Below are positions 1-8,617 of a stretch of DNA of 64,000 bases, in pieces. The number at the start of each line of letters is the position of its first letter. The stretch's first letter is position 1. A model generated the notes under the pieces. That model had not been told where the DNA came from, made no database searches, and saw only the letters and a program-made list of their open reading frames with translations. The stretch lies in the IMG/VR virus record IMGVR_UViG_3300024272_002379; one strand, written 5' to 3'. The DNA comes from a virus (lineage: Duplodnaviria; Caudoviricetes). Both the position numbers and the translations under genes were made by a program.

Positions 1-276
1 GAACGAAAAGGCAATGAATTAAAGTCTGGTGAAAAATCTTTATCCATTAAGAGGGAATGGCTTGAAAAGGCTGCTGACGAATGTAAATTTGAAGATAAAA
101 CAATGTGTTTACCATTCAGATTTAAAGGTGATGAGAATATTTATTGCATATTCAGAAATGACGATATAGCAGAACTCATTACCATGATGAAAGCATACAT
201 GTTAGACAATGAGCTTAAAGATAAAGAAATCGAAAGATTGAAACAACAAATTGAAATTCTTAAGAAAAATCAATAA
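1..276 (+). CDS. 5'-truncated ORF, possibly a phage Holliday-junction resolvase / PD-(D/E)xK-type nuclease (C-terminal part)
   Basis: Frame 1 is open from base 1 to TAA at 274-276 (ERKGNELKSGEKSLSIKREWLEKAADEC...LKKNQ). KSxSIKxEWLxK resembles Hjc-like phage resolvases. Not in the ORF track. Confidence 0.45.
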   Translation, partial: ERKGNELKSGEKSLSIKREWLEKAADECKFEDKTMCLPFRFKGDENIYCIFRNDDIAELITMMKAYMLDNELKDKEIERLKQQIEILKKNQ

Positions 277-285
277 GGAGAAAAT

Positions 286-1485
286 ATGAGTTACGTTGCA
301 CTATATCGTAAGTATAGACCTAAAACATTTGATGAAGTACGTGGACAGTCAGCTATAGTGCAGACACTCAGAAATCAAATTATATCAAATCGTATTGGTC
401 ATGCTTATTTGTTTTGTGGACCAAGAGGTACAGGTAAAACTAGTATCGCTAAGATACTCAGTAAAGCTATTAACTGCATTAATCCAGTTAATGGCAATCC
501 ATGTGGTACATGTGAATGCTGTAAGAAAACAGTCAACGGTTTAAATACTGACATTATTGAAATTGATGCTGCTTCTAACAACGGTGTTGATAATATTCGT
601 GAGCTTATCGAAGAATCTAAGTATCTACCTCAACATGGGAAATACAAGGTATATATCATAGATGAAGTTCATATGTTATCAAATAGTGCTTTTAATGCAT
701 TGCTTAAAACATTAGAGGAGCCAGTAAGTAATACAATATTTATACTGGCAACCACTGAAGAAAATAAGATTCCTGCAACAATTTATTCAAGGTGTCAGAA
801 ATTCCAGTTTAAGTTGATAAAAGAAGAAGAAATAGTTAATGCATTACAGGACATTCTTTCGAAAGAAAATGTTCAATGGGAAAACGATAGTGTTCTTATG
901 CATATAGCAAGAATGGCAAATGGCGGACTAAGAGATGCTTTTAGCCTTATTGACCAGTGTGCAACTTATATCACTAATGATTGTATTACAATGGAAAACG
1001 TACAAGATGTTTTTGGAGAAATTAAAGATACAGTTATTAGTACAATTGCTCAGTGTATTGAAGATAAAAACATAACAAAGATATTTGATATTGTTTCTGA
1101 GCAACAACAAAATGGCAAAACCTTATCTGGGATATGCTTAGATATGTATGAGTATTACAAGCAAACATATTTTGACAGACCCGAAAATGATTTGATAAAA
1201 ATTCAAAGATACATGTCGATTTTAGCTGAATTATCAGAGAAAATGAAGTATAATAATAATCGTACTGTATTTGAGATAGAAATAATAAAAATGTGTACGC
1301 CTCAAATGGAAACAGACTATGCATCTTTATATCAACGAGTTCAAGAGTTAGAAGATATTGTTGCTAAATTACTAAATGGACATCAAACAGTAGTTAGTAA
1401 TCCAGCTCCTATTGACGAAAATGAGTTTGTAACGATATACGCAAGTCTACATCCACAAACTTGCGTTGAGACGTATTATATTTGA
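286..1485 (+). CDS. dnaX: DNA polymerase III clamp-loader subunit gamma/tau
   Basis: ALYRKYRP N-terminus, Walker A GPRGTGKT, Zn-module cysteines, EIDAASNNGVD, Walker B DEVH, SRC motif; RBS AAGGAG. Confidence 0.97.
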   Translation: MSYVALYRKYRPKTFDEVRGQSAIVQTLRNQIISNRIGHAYLFCGPRGTGKTSIAKILSKAINCINPVNGNPCGTCECCKKTVNGLNTDIIEIDAASNNGVDNIRELIEESKYLPQHGKYKVYIIDEVHMLSNSAFNALLKTLEEPVSNTIFILATTEENKIPATIYSRCQKFQFKLIKEEEIVNALQDILSKENVQWENDSVLMHIARMANGGLRDAFSLIDQCATYITNDCITMENVQDVFGEIKDTVISTIAQCIEDKNITKIFDIVSEQQQNGKTLSGICLDMYEYYKQTYFDRPENDLIKIQRYMSILAELSEKMKYNNNRTVFEIEIIKMCTPQMETDYASLYQRVQELEDIVAKLLNGHQTVVSNPAPIDENEFVTIYASLHPQTCVETYYI

Positions 1486-1496
1486 AGGAGGAAAAG

Positions 1497-1970
1497 ATGA
1501 GCGATAGCATTAAATTAAGCCCAAAGCATGGGGTAAATTCAACAATTCCTGTTTGTTTCTGGTGCGGGAAACCAAAAAATGAACTTGCCTTACTTGGCAA
1601 AATTGACAAAGAAGATTCTGAAGCACCACAAAAGTTAATTGTAAACTATGAACCATGCGATGCCTGCAAGGAATTGTTCTCTAAGGGCATCCATGTAATA
1701 GGTTGCTCTGACAAACCTATAGTAGAAACTATGTTCCCTATTATGCAGGACGAAAAACATTGTTTATATCCTACAGGTTCTATGTTTGTTGCAAGCGAAG
1801 AATGGATTAAGGATTTCCTGAAAGCAAACGAGAGTGAAGACATGATTGAAAATGTGTTAGAAAGAAAAACATTACTTATGCCAGATAGCATTGTTAGTCA
1901 GATTATTAAAGACTCCAATGCGGAAGAAATGGAAGTAAGCTTGGAGGAAGAAGCAGATGAAAATAATTAA
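1497..1970 (+). CDS. hypothetical Zn-ribbon protein
   Basis: CFWC and CDAC pairs. AAGGAGG RBS favours ATG 1497 over 1482. Confidence 0.75.
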   Translation: MSDSIKLSPKHGVNSTIPVCFWCGKPKNELALLGKIDKEDSEAPQKLIVNYEPCDACKELFSKGIHVIGCSDKPIVETMFPIMQDEKHCLYPTGSMFVASEEWIKDFLKANESEDMIENVLERKTLLMPDSIVSQIIKDSNAEEMEVSLEEEADENN

Positions 1971-3015
1971 ACCAAGTTATGAACGTATTGTTGAGCCAAA
2001 CATTACAAAGAAAATCGAGCGTATTGCTCGTATCTGTTACAAATCAGAAGACAGAATTGGTGAAGGAACCGATGTTAAAATGATTCAGGATTTACTGAAA
2101 CGTCAACATACAGCAATGTTAGAACATGGTTCCATTGCTGTATGTGTAGATGGAGATTTGTTTACAGTATTCAAAGAAGTTGTATCAAATATCACTACAA
2201 TAATTATGCAGGAAGATAAGCAGGATTTAAAGCGTAATCATTTGCGTTATACAGCTTTTCTCAAGATTAACGAGCAGGAAGATGATTACGAACCTATTCG
2301 CTATATCGTTTCGGGTAATATCAGAGCGTGGATTCAGGCAATGGATTTGTTAACAAATCGTATTAATTTTGTCTTCCCTGAAACAATGAAGTATGTATTA
2401 ACACAGATTTCTCCAGAAATTTTTGGCGGATATAATTACTCTGATGAAGAATATCATCAGTTTGATTTGATTACAGATTTTTCTGAACTGCTCCCAGAAG
2501 AAAGAATGATTCATGAAGATATTACTGTTAAATTTACAGTAGACCGTGGTGTGACTCATGAATTAGTTCGACACAGAGATTGCAGTTTTGCTCAGGAATC
2601 TACTCGTTACTGTAATTATTCATTAGGAAAATACGGTAACGAAATTACAGTTATCGAACCATGTTTCTTTGCTAGACCTGATGGTGTAGATTTACCAACA
2701 GACGAATGGGCAGAAAAATATGGAGCATGGAGAACTGCTTGCGAAGAAAGCGAAAAAGCTTACAATAGACTTTTAGCTGCTAAAGCAACACCTCAACAGG
2801 CAAGAGATGTATTACCTACATCAGTTAAGGCTGAGATTGTTATGACAGCAAATCTTCGTGAATGGAAACATATCTTTAGTTTAAGAGCTTGTGATTCTAC
2901 TGGTCCAGCTCATCCTCAAATGAAAGAAGTAATGATTCCATGCCTTAAAGAATTAAGACCACTGTATGAATTTGCATTTGGTGATTTAATAGCTGCTGAC
3001 GAAGTACATAATTAG
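1957..3015 (+). CDS. thyX: FAD-dependent thymidylate synthase (long form)
   Basis: [22 protein letters not shown][10 protein letters not shown], NLREWKH and AHPQM ThyX motifs. Confidence 0.96.
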   Translation: MKIIKPSYERIVEPNITKKIERIARICYKSEDRIGEGTDVKMIQDLLKRQHTAMLEHGSIAVCVDGDLFTVFKEVVSNITTIIMQEDKQDLKRNHLRYTAFLKINEQEDDYEPIRYIVSGNIRAWIQAMDLLTNRINFVFPETMKYVLTQISPEIFGGYNYSDEEYHQFDLITDFSELLPEERMIHEDITVKFTVDRGVTHELVRHRDCSFAQESTRYCNYSLGKYGNEITVIEPCFFARPDGVDLPTDEWAEKYGAWRTACEESEKAYNRLLAAKATPQQARDVLPTSVKAEIVMTANLREWKHIFSLRACDSTGPAHPQMKEVMIPCLKELRPLYEFAFGDLIAADEVHN

Positions 3016-3016
3016 C

Positions 3017-3045
3017 TTGAATTATCTGTATAATTATGGTAATGT
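3017..3045 (+). promoter_or_regulatory. putative sigmaA-type promoter for spoVG
   Basis: TTGAAT-N17-TAATGT with an extended -10 TG. Confidence 0.5.
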
Positions 3046-3076
3046 TAAAGTATCACAGCAGAAGGAGGAAGCAGCT

Positions 3077-3340
3077 ATGAACATCACAGATGTACGGGTT
3101 AGACCTGTAGAAAAAGAAGACAGTAAAATGAAAGCTGTAGCATCAATTACTATTGATGGCGAATTCGTAGTTCATGACATCAAAGTTATCGAAAGCGAAA
3201 AAGGCTTATTCATCGCAATGCCTTCAAAGAAGGATGGAAACGGCGATTATAAAGATATCGCTCATCCAATCAACACAGCTACAAGAAATAAAATCCAGGA
3301 TGCAGTCATTGCAAAATATGAAGAAGTCATTGGAAAATAA
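3077..3340 (+). CDS. spoVG: SpoVG family nucleic-acid-binding regulator
   Basis: MNITDVRVR...[10 protein letters not shown]...[19 protein letters not shown]....Y.DIAHPIN is canonical SpoVG. AAGGAGG RBS precedes ATG 3077. Confidence 0.97.
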   Translation: MNITDVRVRPVEKEDSKMKAVASITIDGEFVVHDIKVIESEKGLFIAMPSKKDGNGDYKDIAHPINTATRNKIQDAVIAKYEEVIGK

Positions 3341-3357
3341 AGCGTAAGCTGGTACAT

Positions 3358-3394
3358 ACACACCTGTTCAGAAGAGCAGGTGTGTTTTTATTTT
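3358..3394 (+). terminator. intrinsic terminator-like hairpin after spoVG
   Basis: ACACACCTG(TTC)...(GAG)CAGGTGTGT followed by TTTTATTTT. Confidence 0.75.
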
Positions 3395-3405
3395 AGGAGG
3401 ACATA

Positions 3406-3831
3406 ATGAACCCATTTGAACGTATAGAAGAGATGAAAAGTGTTCTAAAAGCCGAATTTAAGAATAACGGCATTAACCCTGATGAAGTTATTACACAGAA
3501 AGAACACTATAAACGTATGTATGGTATGCTATCTATTCTTGCTGAAGAACTAAAGAATGCTGAATATAATTATGAAATAGAATCTCTGAATCAGGAGATA
3601 CGTACTTTTGGAGAGTTAGCGGTTACAGAACGACAGCTCAATGATGAAGTACTTATCTTTCAGCCTATTGCTACTGAAGATTTTTCAGCAAATGATATGC
3701 AAAGTTTGGCTGATGTTTTGCGGCACCTAAGAGATTCTGGTCAGATTAAAGAAAACATGATTATAATTCCACCAGATATAAATATATTCCGAGCGAAATT
3801 AGCATTGCCAAAAGAAGAAGATGAAGAATAA
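3406..3831 (+). CDS. hypothetical protein
   Basis: 141-aa ORF with AGGAGG RBS; no recognised motif. Confidence 0.75.
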   Translation: MNPFERIEEMKSVLKAEFKNNGINPDEVITQKEHYKRMYGMLSILAEELKNAEYNYEIESLNQEIRTFGELAVTERQLNDEVLIFQPIATEDFSANDMQSLADVLRHLRDSGQIKENMIIIPPDINIFRAKLALPKEEDEE

Positions 3832-3845
3832 AATGTAACATAATG

Positions 3846-3874
3846 TTGCAACTTCTAATAATATGTGGTATAAT
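3846..3874 (+). promoter_or_regulatory. sigmaA-type promoter with extended -10
   Basis: TTGCAA-N17-TATAAT, with TG immediately upstream of the -10 box. Confidence 0.8.
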
Positions 3875-3907
3875 ATAACTATCTTAAATGAAAGGTAGTG
3901 TAATATT

Positions 3908-4063
3908 ATGGAACCACAGAATTTTGTAACTAACAACAGAACATGCCCAGTGTGTGGCTCAGATATGAAGAGGGACGCATCAGATAGTCCTCACGATTTA
4001 TATACAGAACACTGCACATGTACAAATCAAGAATGCGGTATTTCAGCAACATTCCACAATTAA
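3908..4063 (+). CDS. 51-aa C4 zinc-finger protein, Ogr/Delta-like
   Basis: My translation: MEPQNFVTNNRTCPVCGSDMKRDASDSPHDLYTEHCTCTNQECGISATFHN. RBS GAAAGG, own promoter upstream and hairpin downstream. Absent from the ORF track. Confidence 0.7.
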   Translation: MEPQNFVTNNRTCPVCGSDMKRDASDSPHDLYTEHCTCTNQECGISATFHN

Positions 4064-4068
4064 CAAAA

Positions 4069-4098
4069 GCCCAGGTGAAAACCTGGGTGTTTTATTTT
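4069..4098 (+). terminator. terminator-like hairpin
   Basis: GCCCAGGT-GAAA-ACCTGGGT followed by GTTTTATTTT. Confidence 0.7.
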
Positions 4099-4109
4099 AA
4101 GGAGGATAT

Positions 4110-4277
4110 ATGAAACAACCTAAAAAACTTACACGTTCTCAGAAAGAAGTCCTTAGAAGAAAAGGATTAAATTGGAATGACTATATGCTATTAACAGAAG
4201 ATAAAGATACATTTACAGTGATAGCGAAAAAAGAAGACGAGCACGGTTATAGAGAACAACTTACATACGGTAAATAA
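4110..4277 (+). CDS. 55-aa small phage protein (DUF6906-like)
   Basis: My translation: MKQPKKLTRSQKEVLRRKGLNWNDYMLLTEDKDTFTVIAKKEDEHGYREQLTYGK. AAGGAGG RBS. Absent from the ORF track. Confidence 0.75.
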   Translation: MKQPKKLTRSQKEVLRRKGLNWNDYMLLTEDKDTFTVIAKKEDEHGYREQLTYGK

Positions 4278-4285
4278 ACGAAAGT

Positions 4286-4322
4286 AAAACTCCCCCACAC
4301 GACAATCGTGTGGGGGAGTTAA
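4286..4322. terminator. bidirectional terminator between convergent gene blocks
   Basis: Perfect 15-bp inverted repeat AACTCCCCCACACGA-caa-TCGTGTGGGGGAGTT (4288-4320) at the strand switch. Confidence 0.85.
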
Positions 4323-4327
4323 TAGCT

Positions 4328-4678
4328 TTATTCGTTTTTTACTTCTTCATTGTTGGCTTCTTCTTTCTTTGATTTAGATGCAAGTATCTTTTTCAACTCA
4401 TCTAATGCTTTTTCGATAATGTCACTTAACTGCTTCTCTGTAAAGAAGATAGTAACAATAGGGTATTCTTTCTTGAGATAGGTATAAACTTCAGCAAATT
4501 TAATTCTACCCATGTTAGAACCCCAAGCATCTTCTGCTGCTGCTACTGCATGTAATGCAGCTTTGCACAATAAATCTCTCTTATTTATGTACAAATAAAC
4601 AAGTAATGCAATTGTGATAACTATTGCCGTATAAGTGAATATCTGATTGTTAGACATCCAAACAAGTACATCTTTCAT
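4328..4678 (-). CDS. holin (single N-terminal TM, LL-H-like)
   Basis: Hydrophobic N-terminal helix, AV.AAE...G..G..KF..VY pattern, charged tail; directly downstream of the endolysin. Confidence 0.75.
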   Translation of the reverse strand: MKDVLVWMSNNQIFTYTAIVITIALLVYLYINKRDLLCKAALHAVAAAEDAWGSNMGRIKFAEVYTYLKKEYPIVTIFFTEKQLSDIIEKALDELKKILASKSKKEEANNEEVKNE

Positions 4679-4692
4679 ATCTCTTTTCTCCT

Positions 4693-5613
4693 TTATTCAT
4701 TAAACATATTATAGAATGTAGCAGGTCCACACTTACCATCATGTCTAAGACCTCTTGAGTTCTGCTGGTATTCAAGCACTGTTTGCTTTGTTTTACTACC
4801 ATAACTCTTATCTAGGTCTTTGTTCTTGATGCTATGTGACATGTCATATCCCTTACAATAAAGCATTGCCTGACAAATATATGCAAGTTCTTTACATGAT
4901 GATGCTGCTTTACATGCTTTCTTTGTCTTATCTCCAAATTCTCCGTCTTCTTTTAGACCAGCTTTGTATTTTACATTTAAGCAATGCTGTAATGCTTTAC
5001 ATAATGCTTTCTGTGTTTCTGGACCGAATTCTCCATCAACATCAATATTTAAACCACAGTAATCATTACACCATCTTTGAATGTTCTTGATTACTTCTGG
5101 GTCTATTTTGAGAGTAACTGGAGCTTGAGGTTTCACACTCTCGATATTGGAATCAGTTTCAAGCCAGTCAGGGATTCCGTAATAAGCCCATCTTGCTTTC
5201 TGAAGATTCTGCTTTACACAGTTCTTTGTACTGCTCATCATTTCAATAGTAGTTCCGTCTCCCATGTAAGCACCTACATGAGTAAACTCTTTATTGAATA
5301 CTAAGCAAGCAGTATTCGCTGGCAGATTTGAGATAGAGCCTTTCTTTTTACACAGGTTGTAATATCCTTTTGCTGTATTATCTCTTTTCGATAACGGATA
5401 TATACTGCCTGAACAGTCAGCACCGATTCTTCCCTTGCCTTCTTTAGCTTTGTTGTTATAGTATGTCTTAGTATAAGTTTTTGACCCATAGCTTTTAAAA
5501 AGTCTATCAGTCAGTTCCTGAGTAATTACTTCACCATTAGCACCCCATACATATACTGCTTTTTTGTTATAAAGGTCTAAATAGTGAGCTTTGAATTGCT
5601 GTTGCGTTACCAT
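4693..5613 (-). CDS. endolysin: NlpC/P60-like catalytic domain plus peptidoglycan-binding repeats
   Basis: YVWGANG, ADCSG and HVGAYMGDG catalytic motifs; repeated DG.FG..T PG-binding motifs. RBS favours ATG 5613. Confidence 0.88.
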   Translation of the reverse strand: MVTQQQFKAHYLDLYNKKAVYVWGANGEVITQELTDRLFKSYGSKTYTKTYYNNKAKEGKGRIGADCSGSIYPLSKRDNTAKGYYNLCKKKGSISNLPANTACLVFNKEFTHVGAYMGDGTTIEMMSSTKNCVKQNLQKARWAYYGIPDWLETDSNIESVKPQAPVTLKIDPEVIKNIQRWCNDYCGLNIDVDGEFGPETQKALCKALQHCLNVKYKAGLKEDGEFGDKTKKACKAASSCKELAYICQAMLYCKGYDMSHSIKNKDLDKSYGSKTKQTVLEYQQNSRGLRHDGKCGPATFYNMFNE

Positions 5614-5618
5614 GCTTA

Positions 5619-6626
5619 TCACTCCTTTAAATTTATAACATTTAACTCAAGAGCCTTTGCTTTAATTTTATTAACGGCTCTCTTTTTGTGTTCGTTGATT
5701 GTAGCTCTATGGCATCCATAAATTGAGCCTATTTCTATATCGGTCTTATTTTTAATAAAACTTAATATGATAATCTCTCTTTCATATGGCGTTAAGTCTT
5801 TAAACAATTCGCTACAAGTCACTCCATTAGTCCAGTTAAAATTTAATGAGTCCAAATCATATGCACTAATTGGTTCTTGTTCTTTTAAGGTTAATGTGTC
5901 TGCATTTTTAATATCTGTTTCTCTACTAGCTGTGTCCAGCATTTCTTCCATGGCAAACGTTGCATACTCATCTTCCACAAACACTTCTTTTGTATCTTCT
6001 GTATCCATGTCATCAAATTGGTCACACAATCTGATAATCTCAAAATGGGAAAGTGGGTCATTGATAAGTTTTATTAAGTACCTGTATGCTTCCCAATGAA
6101 AGCACTTAGATACATACATATGAAAGGTTCCATTCTTTTTATGATATTGGTCCCCTTCTTTTGTAATCTTATATTTATTTGCCATATTAAGCAATGCTAA
6201 AACGAGTTCGTTATAGATATCCCCATATTCATATTTAGAGAATAAGGAATTGATTCTTAAACATGTTGATGAGAATAATTTCTTTTTGTCCGTATCCTTA
6301 TCTGTTTTTTCAATAAACAAAGATACAAATTTGGACACCGTAGGGCTTACCTTACATCTTTCCATTCCTTTTGTATCAGTATACCTTGAGTGAGGTAAAT
6401 CACCATTTACAATGAATCTAGTATACTTTGTAATGAATGGATGAAACATTCGGACAATGTAAGTGATAGCTTCTTGATTGCCTTCTTTATACAGAATCAG
6501 ATTACGCTGTAATTCTTGATAATCTGATTCTGTAAAGTAACCTTCATCTGTTGGTTCATGATTAGGCTGAAATTCCTTATCCAGTTGTTGAATAAAATAT
6601 TGTTCGTCTAAGATATTTTCATCCAT
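5619..6626 (-). CDS. phage sigma70-family RNA polymerase sigma factor
   Basis: GNQEA..IV..F.P.I (region 2.1), DIYNE...ALL..A.KY, GTF..Y (regions 2.3/2.4), region 4 HTH LTPYEREII.L.F....T..EIG...G.....I...K.RA..KIK. Confidence 0.85.
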   Translation of the reverse strand: MDENILDEQYFIQQLDKEFQPNHEPTDEGYFTESDYQELQRNLILYKEGNQEAITYIVRMFHPFITKYTRFIVNGDLPHSRYTDTKGMERCKVSPTVSKFVSLFIEKTDKDTDKKKLFSSTCLRINSLFSKYEYGDIYNELVLALLNMANKYKITKEGDQYHKKNGTFHMYVSKCFHWEAYRYLIKLINDPLSHFEIIRLCDQFDDMDTEDTKEVFVEDEYATFAMEEMLDTASRETDIKNADTLTLKEQEPISAYDLDSLNFNWTNGVTCSELFKDLTPYEREIIILSFIKNKTDIEIGSIYGCHRATINEHKKRAVNKIKAKALELNVINLKE

Positions 6627-7164
6627 TTTCTTCTCCATCTTTAAAAGACTTAATAAAGGCAACGCCTATTGATATAGCGTCATAAATATCACTTGTTTTG
6701 TCTTTGTTCTGCTTGTCGCTGTATGGTCCGATAATTTCAAGTTTTTTATTATCAGGATACATTTCAGTGACCTTTGCAGCGACTTCTTCCTTCTTGGCAT
6801 TTCCCCCACATCCAAGTAGTTTTCTTATTTGGGAAGGTAGCATATGGTAAACTATGTACTTATTAAAACTGAATACTCCTATAATAGCACCTCTTAAGGT
6901 TGCTAATTGAAGAGCTGTTCCTGGATTTCTCCCCAAGAAACCATCTTCCAGAACAACGTATTTTATAGAGTATTGACTCGCTATACAAAATAACTTCGCC
7001 ACAATCTCGTTGATTCTAAAATCATCTGAGTGTTTAGGCGAAGTCGTAAATTTGTTTATATATGCCAGTTCTAACGTGCTCATGTTTATTACAGCATAGC
7101 CTGTCGTAGATAATGCAGGGTCAATGGCAAGAACATATTCTGTGTTTCTCTGTTCTAATTCCAT
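6619..7164 (-). CDS. ruvC: RuvC-family Holliday junction resolvase
   Basis: VLAIDP..STTGYAVI, VVLED, PSQIRK..G.G.AKKEEV and D..DAISIG motifs. Confidence 0.9.
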   Translation of the reverse strand: MELEQRNTEYVLAIDPALSTTGYAVINMSTLELAYINKFTTSPKHSDDFRINEIVAKLFCIASQYSIKYVVLEDGFLGRNPGTALQLATLRGAIIGVFSFNKYIVYHMLPSQIRKLLGCGGNAKKEEVAAKVTEMYPDNKKLEIIGPYSDKQNKDKTSDIYDAISIGVAFIKSFKDGEENG

Positions 7165-7185
7165 TTCTCATTCACCTCTATGGCA

Positions 7186-7214
7186 ATTATATCATTAAAT
7201 AAAAAATATCGCAA
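7186..7214 (-). promoter_or_regulatory. sigmaA-type promoter for ruvC-sigma-endolysin-holin
   Basis: Minus strand TTGCGA-N17-TATAAT with extended TG. Confidence 0.75.
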
Positions 7215-7373
7215 TTAGTCTTTTACAACCAGTTCAGGTTGTTTAGAGTCTTTTTTATTGTCTGGCTGTTCGTAATTGTCTTTAATTTCTTTTGCAATAT
7301 CTGATGAGACAATTGTTTGATTGTCATCTGTAATTTCCATATGACCACCAGTAATTCCTAATTTCATACTCAT
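7215..7373 (-). CDS. 52-aa hypothetical protein
   Basis: My translation: MSMKLGITGGHMEITDDNQTIVSSDIAKEIKDNYEQPDNKKDSKQPELVVKD. GGAGG RBS; fills the gap. Absent from the ORF track. Confidence 0.7.
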   Translation of the reverse strand: MSMKLGITGGHMEITDDNQTIVSSDIAKEIKDNYEQPDNKKDSKQPELVVKD

Positions 7374-7385
7374 TTTAACTGCCTC

Positions 7386-8183
7386 CTATAATTCTGATGT
7401 ACACATATCTCTGTATTCACAATGATAACATTTCTTATCTGGTGAAATACATTTGATATTATTTCTAATGCACTGTGCTACACTAATAACGGTTTCTTTT
7501 AGCAGTTTGTAATCTTTGGGTCCTCTATATGATGATATTAGTTTCTTTTTATAGATATCAACATATACAAGTTGAAACTCACCAACATTAAACATTTCTT
7601 GGAATGCAAGTGCTGCTGCCGTTAATTCCAAATCATGGTTCATTTGACTTGCTATTTGAAACCGATTGTTTTCTGTTCTAAACTTCATTAACTGAAGAAC
7701 TTTTTTACCGTCAATTTCTATCTCTCTAGCATATTCCCATACTCCATTCAGTGTTATATCTTTTGTTATCTGAATTGAATATGGTTTGTTAATGATAACA
7801 GGAAACTGAGGTATATTCATTATTTTATCAAAAGTAATGATTGCATCTATTCCAGCTCTTCGTTTTGCGTCATATGTATCTCTTTTTAATGCAGATGGAG
7901 TACAAATGATTTGTGAATTGGTCTTTTGTTTAATCCATTCCTTTCCCCATCTATACTTTAAAAATTCCAAACTATTTTTTAAGGTATCTTGCTGTAAAGC
8001 AAGTAGATACGAATAAAAACATTTATGAAGAGCGGTATCGTATGCTTCTTTTAAGTTGTATTCATCAGGGCTTTTATTTTTTAACTCGTAATACTTTGGA
8101 CACCAGCAAAAATCCAAAACATCTTTAATGTCCAGATTTAGGACCGCCGAGGTGCATTGGTCTACCAACTTGAGATACTCCAT
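7386..8183 (-). CDS. PD-(D/E)xK / Cas4-AddB-like nuclease-fold protein, possibly inactive
   Basis: N-terminal F..CP..Y and C-terminal P...C..CEY...C Fe-S staple. Catalytic motifs look degenerate; start codon uncertain. Confidence 0.65.
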   Translation of the reverse strand: MEYLKLVDQCTSAVLNLDIKDVLDFCWCPKYYELKNKSPDEYNLKEAYDTALHKCFYSYLLALQQDTLKNSLEFLKYRWGKEWIKQKTNSQIICTPSALKRDTYDAKRRAGIDAIITFDKIMNIPQFPVIINKPYSIQITKDITLNGVWEYAREIEIDGKKVLQLMKFRTENNRFQIASQMNHDLELTAAALAFQEMFNVGEFQLVYVDIYKKKLISSYRGPKDYKLLKETVISVAQCIRNNIKCISPDKKCYHCEYRDMCTSEL

Positions 8184-8466
8184 TCTTTCGTTCTGCCATT
8201 AACCCTGGCGTTTGTCTGTCTACTAACTCCCATATTTGCTGTTCACAAGCATGATGAATATGCCACTTAAATTCATGTTTTCTAATCTTTGGGTCTTTAC
8301 TAAAATCCTCTGGATACATTGGTTTGCCGCACTGTTGACAAATAATTATCTCACCTGGTTTTGGTGGAGGCGGGACAAGATAACCTTGTCCCTTTTGTTT
8401 TTCTTGTTCCACCAAACTTGGTGTATTTGCTGCGACAAATCTAGCTAAATCTTCTGAATTAGGCAT
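8125..8466 (-). CDS. hypothetical Zn-binding protein
   Basis: CQQC...HHAC ligands and a poly-Pro linker; RBS AAGGGAG. Confidence 0.7.
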   Translation of the reverse strand: MPNSEDLARFVAANTPSLVEQEKQKGQGYLVPPPPKPGEIIICQQCGKPMYPEDFSKDPKIRKHEFKWHIHHACEQQIWELVDRQTPGLMAERKNGVSQVGRPMHLGGPKSGH

Positions 8467-8596
8467 GTTCTTTGTCTCCCTTGTGCGATTGTTTGTCTTT
8501 TTCGTGTTGTCTCCAAATTTTGAAATTAATTATAGTTACAATTGCTGCGGTAATACCTAACGCTACCGCAATTAACCCTATTATTCCATACAGCAT
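8459..8596 (-). CDS. 45-aa single-TM membrane protein
   Basis: My translation: MLYGIIGLIAVALGITAAIVTIINFKIWRQHEKDKQSHKGDKEHA. RBS AAAGGAG. Absent from the ORF track. Confidence 0.7.
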   Translation of the reverse strand: MLYGIIGLIAVALGITAAIVTIINFKIWRQHEKDKQSHKGDKEHA

Positions 8597-8617
8597 ATAC
8601 AAGGTCTCCTTTCTAAT

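Noticed and set aside
286-1485. E. coli-type dnaX -1 frameshift
   Set aside because: I saw no A-AAA-AAG slippery site with a downstream hairpin, and the protein is already gamma-sized.
4288-4320. 15-bp inverted repeat as a mobile-element end or att site
   Set aside because: It is a single copy with a 3-nt loop exactly between convergent genes, which a bidirectional terminator explains.
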